From a virus: 43,476 nucleotides of DNA. Within the stretch, counting starts at the first letter, position 1. Every line of letters begins with the position of its first letter. Where the stretch lies: the IMG/VR virus record IMGVR_UViG_3300028576_000001; one strand, given 5' to 3'. The position numbers were made by a program, and so were the translations under genes. Under the pieces are notes generated by a model. That model saw nothing but the letters and a program-made list of their open reading frames with translations. It was not told the DNA's origin and ran no database searches. This document shows positions 41,573-43,476 of the stretch, piece by piece.

Positions 41573-43476
41573 ATGGCAGAATTTAGTTCTTTTGTAATTC
41601 AACCGAAAGGACATGCATTGATGTCAAAGCTGATTGCAGGAACTGGAACATGCAACTTTTCAGCAATCAGAACATCAAGCACAACCTACACACAGCAACA
41701 GCTTGAAGCACTGACTGCTTTGACCAACATCAAACAGTCAGCGGATATTTCAAGCATCAGCAGAATCAACAATGTTTCTGTGAACATCAAAGGTGCTTTG
41801 AACAACACAGCACTTGTGACTGGGTACACAGTCAACACCATTGGTCTTTATGCAATTGACCCTGATGAAGGTGAAATCCTTTATGCAGTGGCAAGGGCAA
41901 TTCAGGCAGGATATATGCCCCCTTACAATGGTATCACATCAAGTGGAATCTTATTTGACTTTGTGATTACTGTTGGGAATGCAGAAAATGTTACTGTTAT
42001 AGTCAACCCTGCTGCGGTTGCAACACAAGCAGATGTCATTGAAATCAATGCAAAAATTGCTGACCTGGCAGGTTATGTTGGTTACACAGATGATGACATT
42101 GTGGGTGTTGAAGTTGATTATGCAAACAGAACATTCACAAGACTTGCAGGTGCAGTTGGAAAAACACCTGGTGCAGACTTTGACAATATCCTTGCTTTTG
42201 GTGGCAGAAGAAGATGTAATCTTGCAGATAATGGAACAGTTAATGCTTACTATGGTGAACCAGGATACATTGAAGATGGTTCAAATGGTCAGGTGATGGT
42301 TGAACAACCAAAGTTCTATTACAAGGTTGTTCCGCTGAAAATGGAAAAGAATGATGAAGTTGAAATTGCATCAGTAAAATTTGACACAGGTGCAACATCA
42401 GCAGGAAACATCACAATCACATTGAATGGCACAGCATTCAATGTTGCGGTTGCAAATGGTGACACAGCAACAGCGGTTGCAGGTAAGGTCAGAGGAACAA
42501 CCTTTGCAGGTTGGACAACTGGTGGAAGTGGTACAACCGTAACCTTCACAGCAACCAAGGTTGGTGTGAGGTCAGCAACCACATTCACAGACACTGGAAC
42601 AACCGGTGTGACTGCAACTGTAACAAGAACACAGGTTGGCTATATTGGCAAAGGTTTCAAGCTGCGTAAAGCAAGATACTATGTCAGCATGACCAAAAAA
42701 GCAGGATTCAAGGTTCATCCTGCTTTTGTGAAAAACGGTGTTGAAGTCAATAAGATTTACCTGTCAGCTTATGAAGGTTCACTGTATGATGTCAGTGCTT
42801 CTGCTTATATCCTGGATGATGCACAGGTTGCAGACTTCACAGCAACCATAGGTGACAAGCTTGCTTCCAGGGCAAATACAAAACCAATTTCAGGAAACAC
42901 ACAAGACCTGACAAGAAGAAAATGCGGAATCCTTGCTGAAAATCGTGGAACTGGTTGGTCACAACAATATGCAGCAACTGCTGCTTGTACTCAACTTCTT
43001 TTCACAGTTGAGTATGCAGCACTTAACAGTCAGACTGCTATTGGAAAGGGTGTTGTTGACAAAGCAAGTGGAACAGGAAATGAATCTGAAATCACAGGTG
43101 CAACAACATTGCTTGGAAATGCATCAGGTATGGCAGCAGGAACAAATGGTTTGGTTTCCATTACTTACAGAGGTGAAGAAAACTTTTGGGGTAATATTTA
43201 CAAGTTTACAGATGGCATGAACATCTATTGTGATATTGCAAACAGTGTTCATGACTTGTATGTTGCTGACAACACCTTTGCAGAAAGTACACAGGCAAGT
43301 CCATATGCTAATGCAGGAATTACCTTGGCAACAAGAAGCGGATATGTTTCAGCTATGGCTTACAGTGAAACATATGACTGGTTGTTTGTACCTGCTGAAA
43401 CACTTGGTGACAGTGCATTACCTGTTGGTGATAACTTCTATCAGGCGGTAACAACAAGCGGTTACAAAATTGCTCG
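41573..43476 (+). CDS. Tail-fibre protein, 5' part. The ORF is open to the window end and continues at 128-248 in the circular molecule, about 674 aa in total. It is the DGR target gene.
   Basis: ATG 41573 follows AAAGGTGGAAAATATC. There is no stop in this frame to 43476, which is why the ORF track omits it. The N-terminus MAEFSSFVIQPKGHALMSKLIAGTG... is tail-collar-fibre-like. The frame matches ORF 6-248. Confidence 0.88.
   Translation, partial: MAEFSSFVIQPKGHALMSKLIAGTGTCNFSAIRTSSTTYTQQQLEALTALTNIKQSADISSISRINNVSVNIKGALNNTALVTGYTVNTIGLYAIDPDEGEILYAVARAIQAGYMPPYNGITSSGILFDFVITVGNAENVTVIVNPAAVATQADVIEINAKIADLAGYVGYTDDDIVGVEVDYANRTFTRLAGAVGKTPGADFDNILAFGGRRRCNLADNGTVNAYYGEPGYIEDGSNGQVMVEQPKFYYKVVPLKMEKNDEVEIASVKFDTGATSAGNITITLNGTAFNVAVANGDTATAVAGKVRGTTFAGWTTGGSGTTVTFTATKVGVRSATTFTDTGTTGVTATVTRTQVGYIGKGFKLRKARYYVSMTKKAGFKVHPAFVKNGVEVNKIYLSAYEGSLYDVSASAYILDDAQVADFTATIGDKLASRANTKPISGNTQDLTRRKCGILAENRGTGWSQQYAATAACTQLLFTVEYAALNSQTAIGKGVVDKASGTGNESEITGATTLLGNASGMAAGTNGLVSITYRGEENFWGNIYKFTDGMNIYCDIANSVHDLYVADNTFAESTQASPYANAGITLATRSGYVSAMAYSETYDWLFVPAETLGDSALPVGDNFYQAVTTSGYKIA
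43350..43476 (+). repeat. 127-nt exact duplicate of bases 1-127 (circular-assembly overlap)
   Basis: Direct comparison of both ends. A length of 127 matches a common maximal assembler k-mer. Confidence 0.9.

Noticed and set aside
43350-43476. Terminal direct repeat that could be read as biological terminal redundancy or an LTR
   Set aside because: It is an exact 127-nt duplicate of bases 1-127, a typical assembler k-mer length, and it lies inside a continuous tail-fibre ORF. This is best explained as the overlap of a circularised contig.

Overview
The window is a complete, circularly closed phage or prophage genome. Bases 1-127 are identical to 43350-43476, an assembler-type overlap, so the unit length is 43,349 bp. 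It is AT-rich and temperate, with a PBSX/Xkd-type contractile-tail module, so the host is most likely a Clostridia-type Firmicute (inference). Gene order: tail-fibre 3' end with a diversity-generating retroelement (VR 119-234, TR 327-442, RT 619-1701); small tail-associated ORFs; lysis cassette (2359-4168); minus-strand lysogeny module (integrase, two unknown accessory genes, short XRE repressor; 4362-6685); early, replication and recombination genes (7055-22146); late activator (22499-22915); terS; terL interrupted by a group I intron carrying an HNH homing endonuclease; portal, head, sheath, tube, tape measure and baseplate genes; and a tail fibre (41573 onward) that wraps to base 248. The strongest finding is the DGR that targets the tail-fibre C-terminus: 26 of 26 VR/TR mismatches fall on TR adenines. 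No avd gene is recognisable, and the 3' IMH-type homology is short. Other unexplained signals: two distant loci with convergent GTAACA arrays around AT-rich cores; a 22-nt TAGTAACA-N3-TAGTAACAAAA element at four gene ends; a duplicated 65-nt structured leader element; a 26-unit 15-nt tandem repeat encoding a pentapeptide-repeat protein; a frame break at a CCCTTTT heptamer in the head-morphogenesis gene; and the expected AAAAAAC -1 frameshift in the tail chaperone. No tRNA, rRNA or CRISPR array was seen. All homology calls come from motif recognition by eye, not from database searches.
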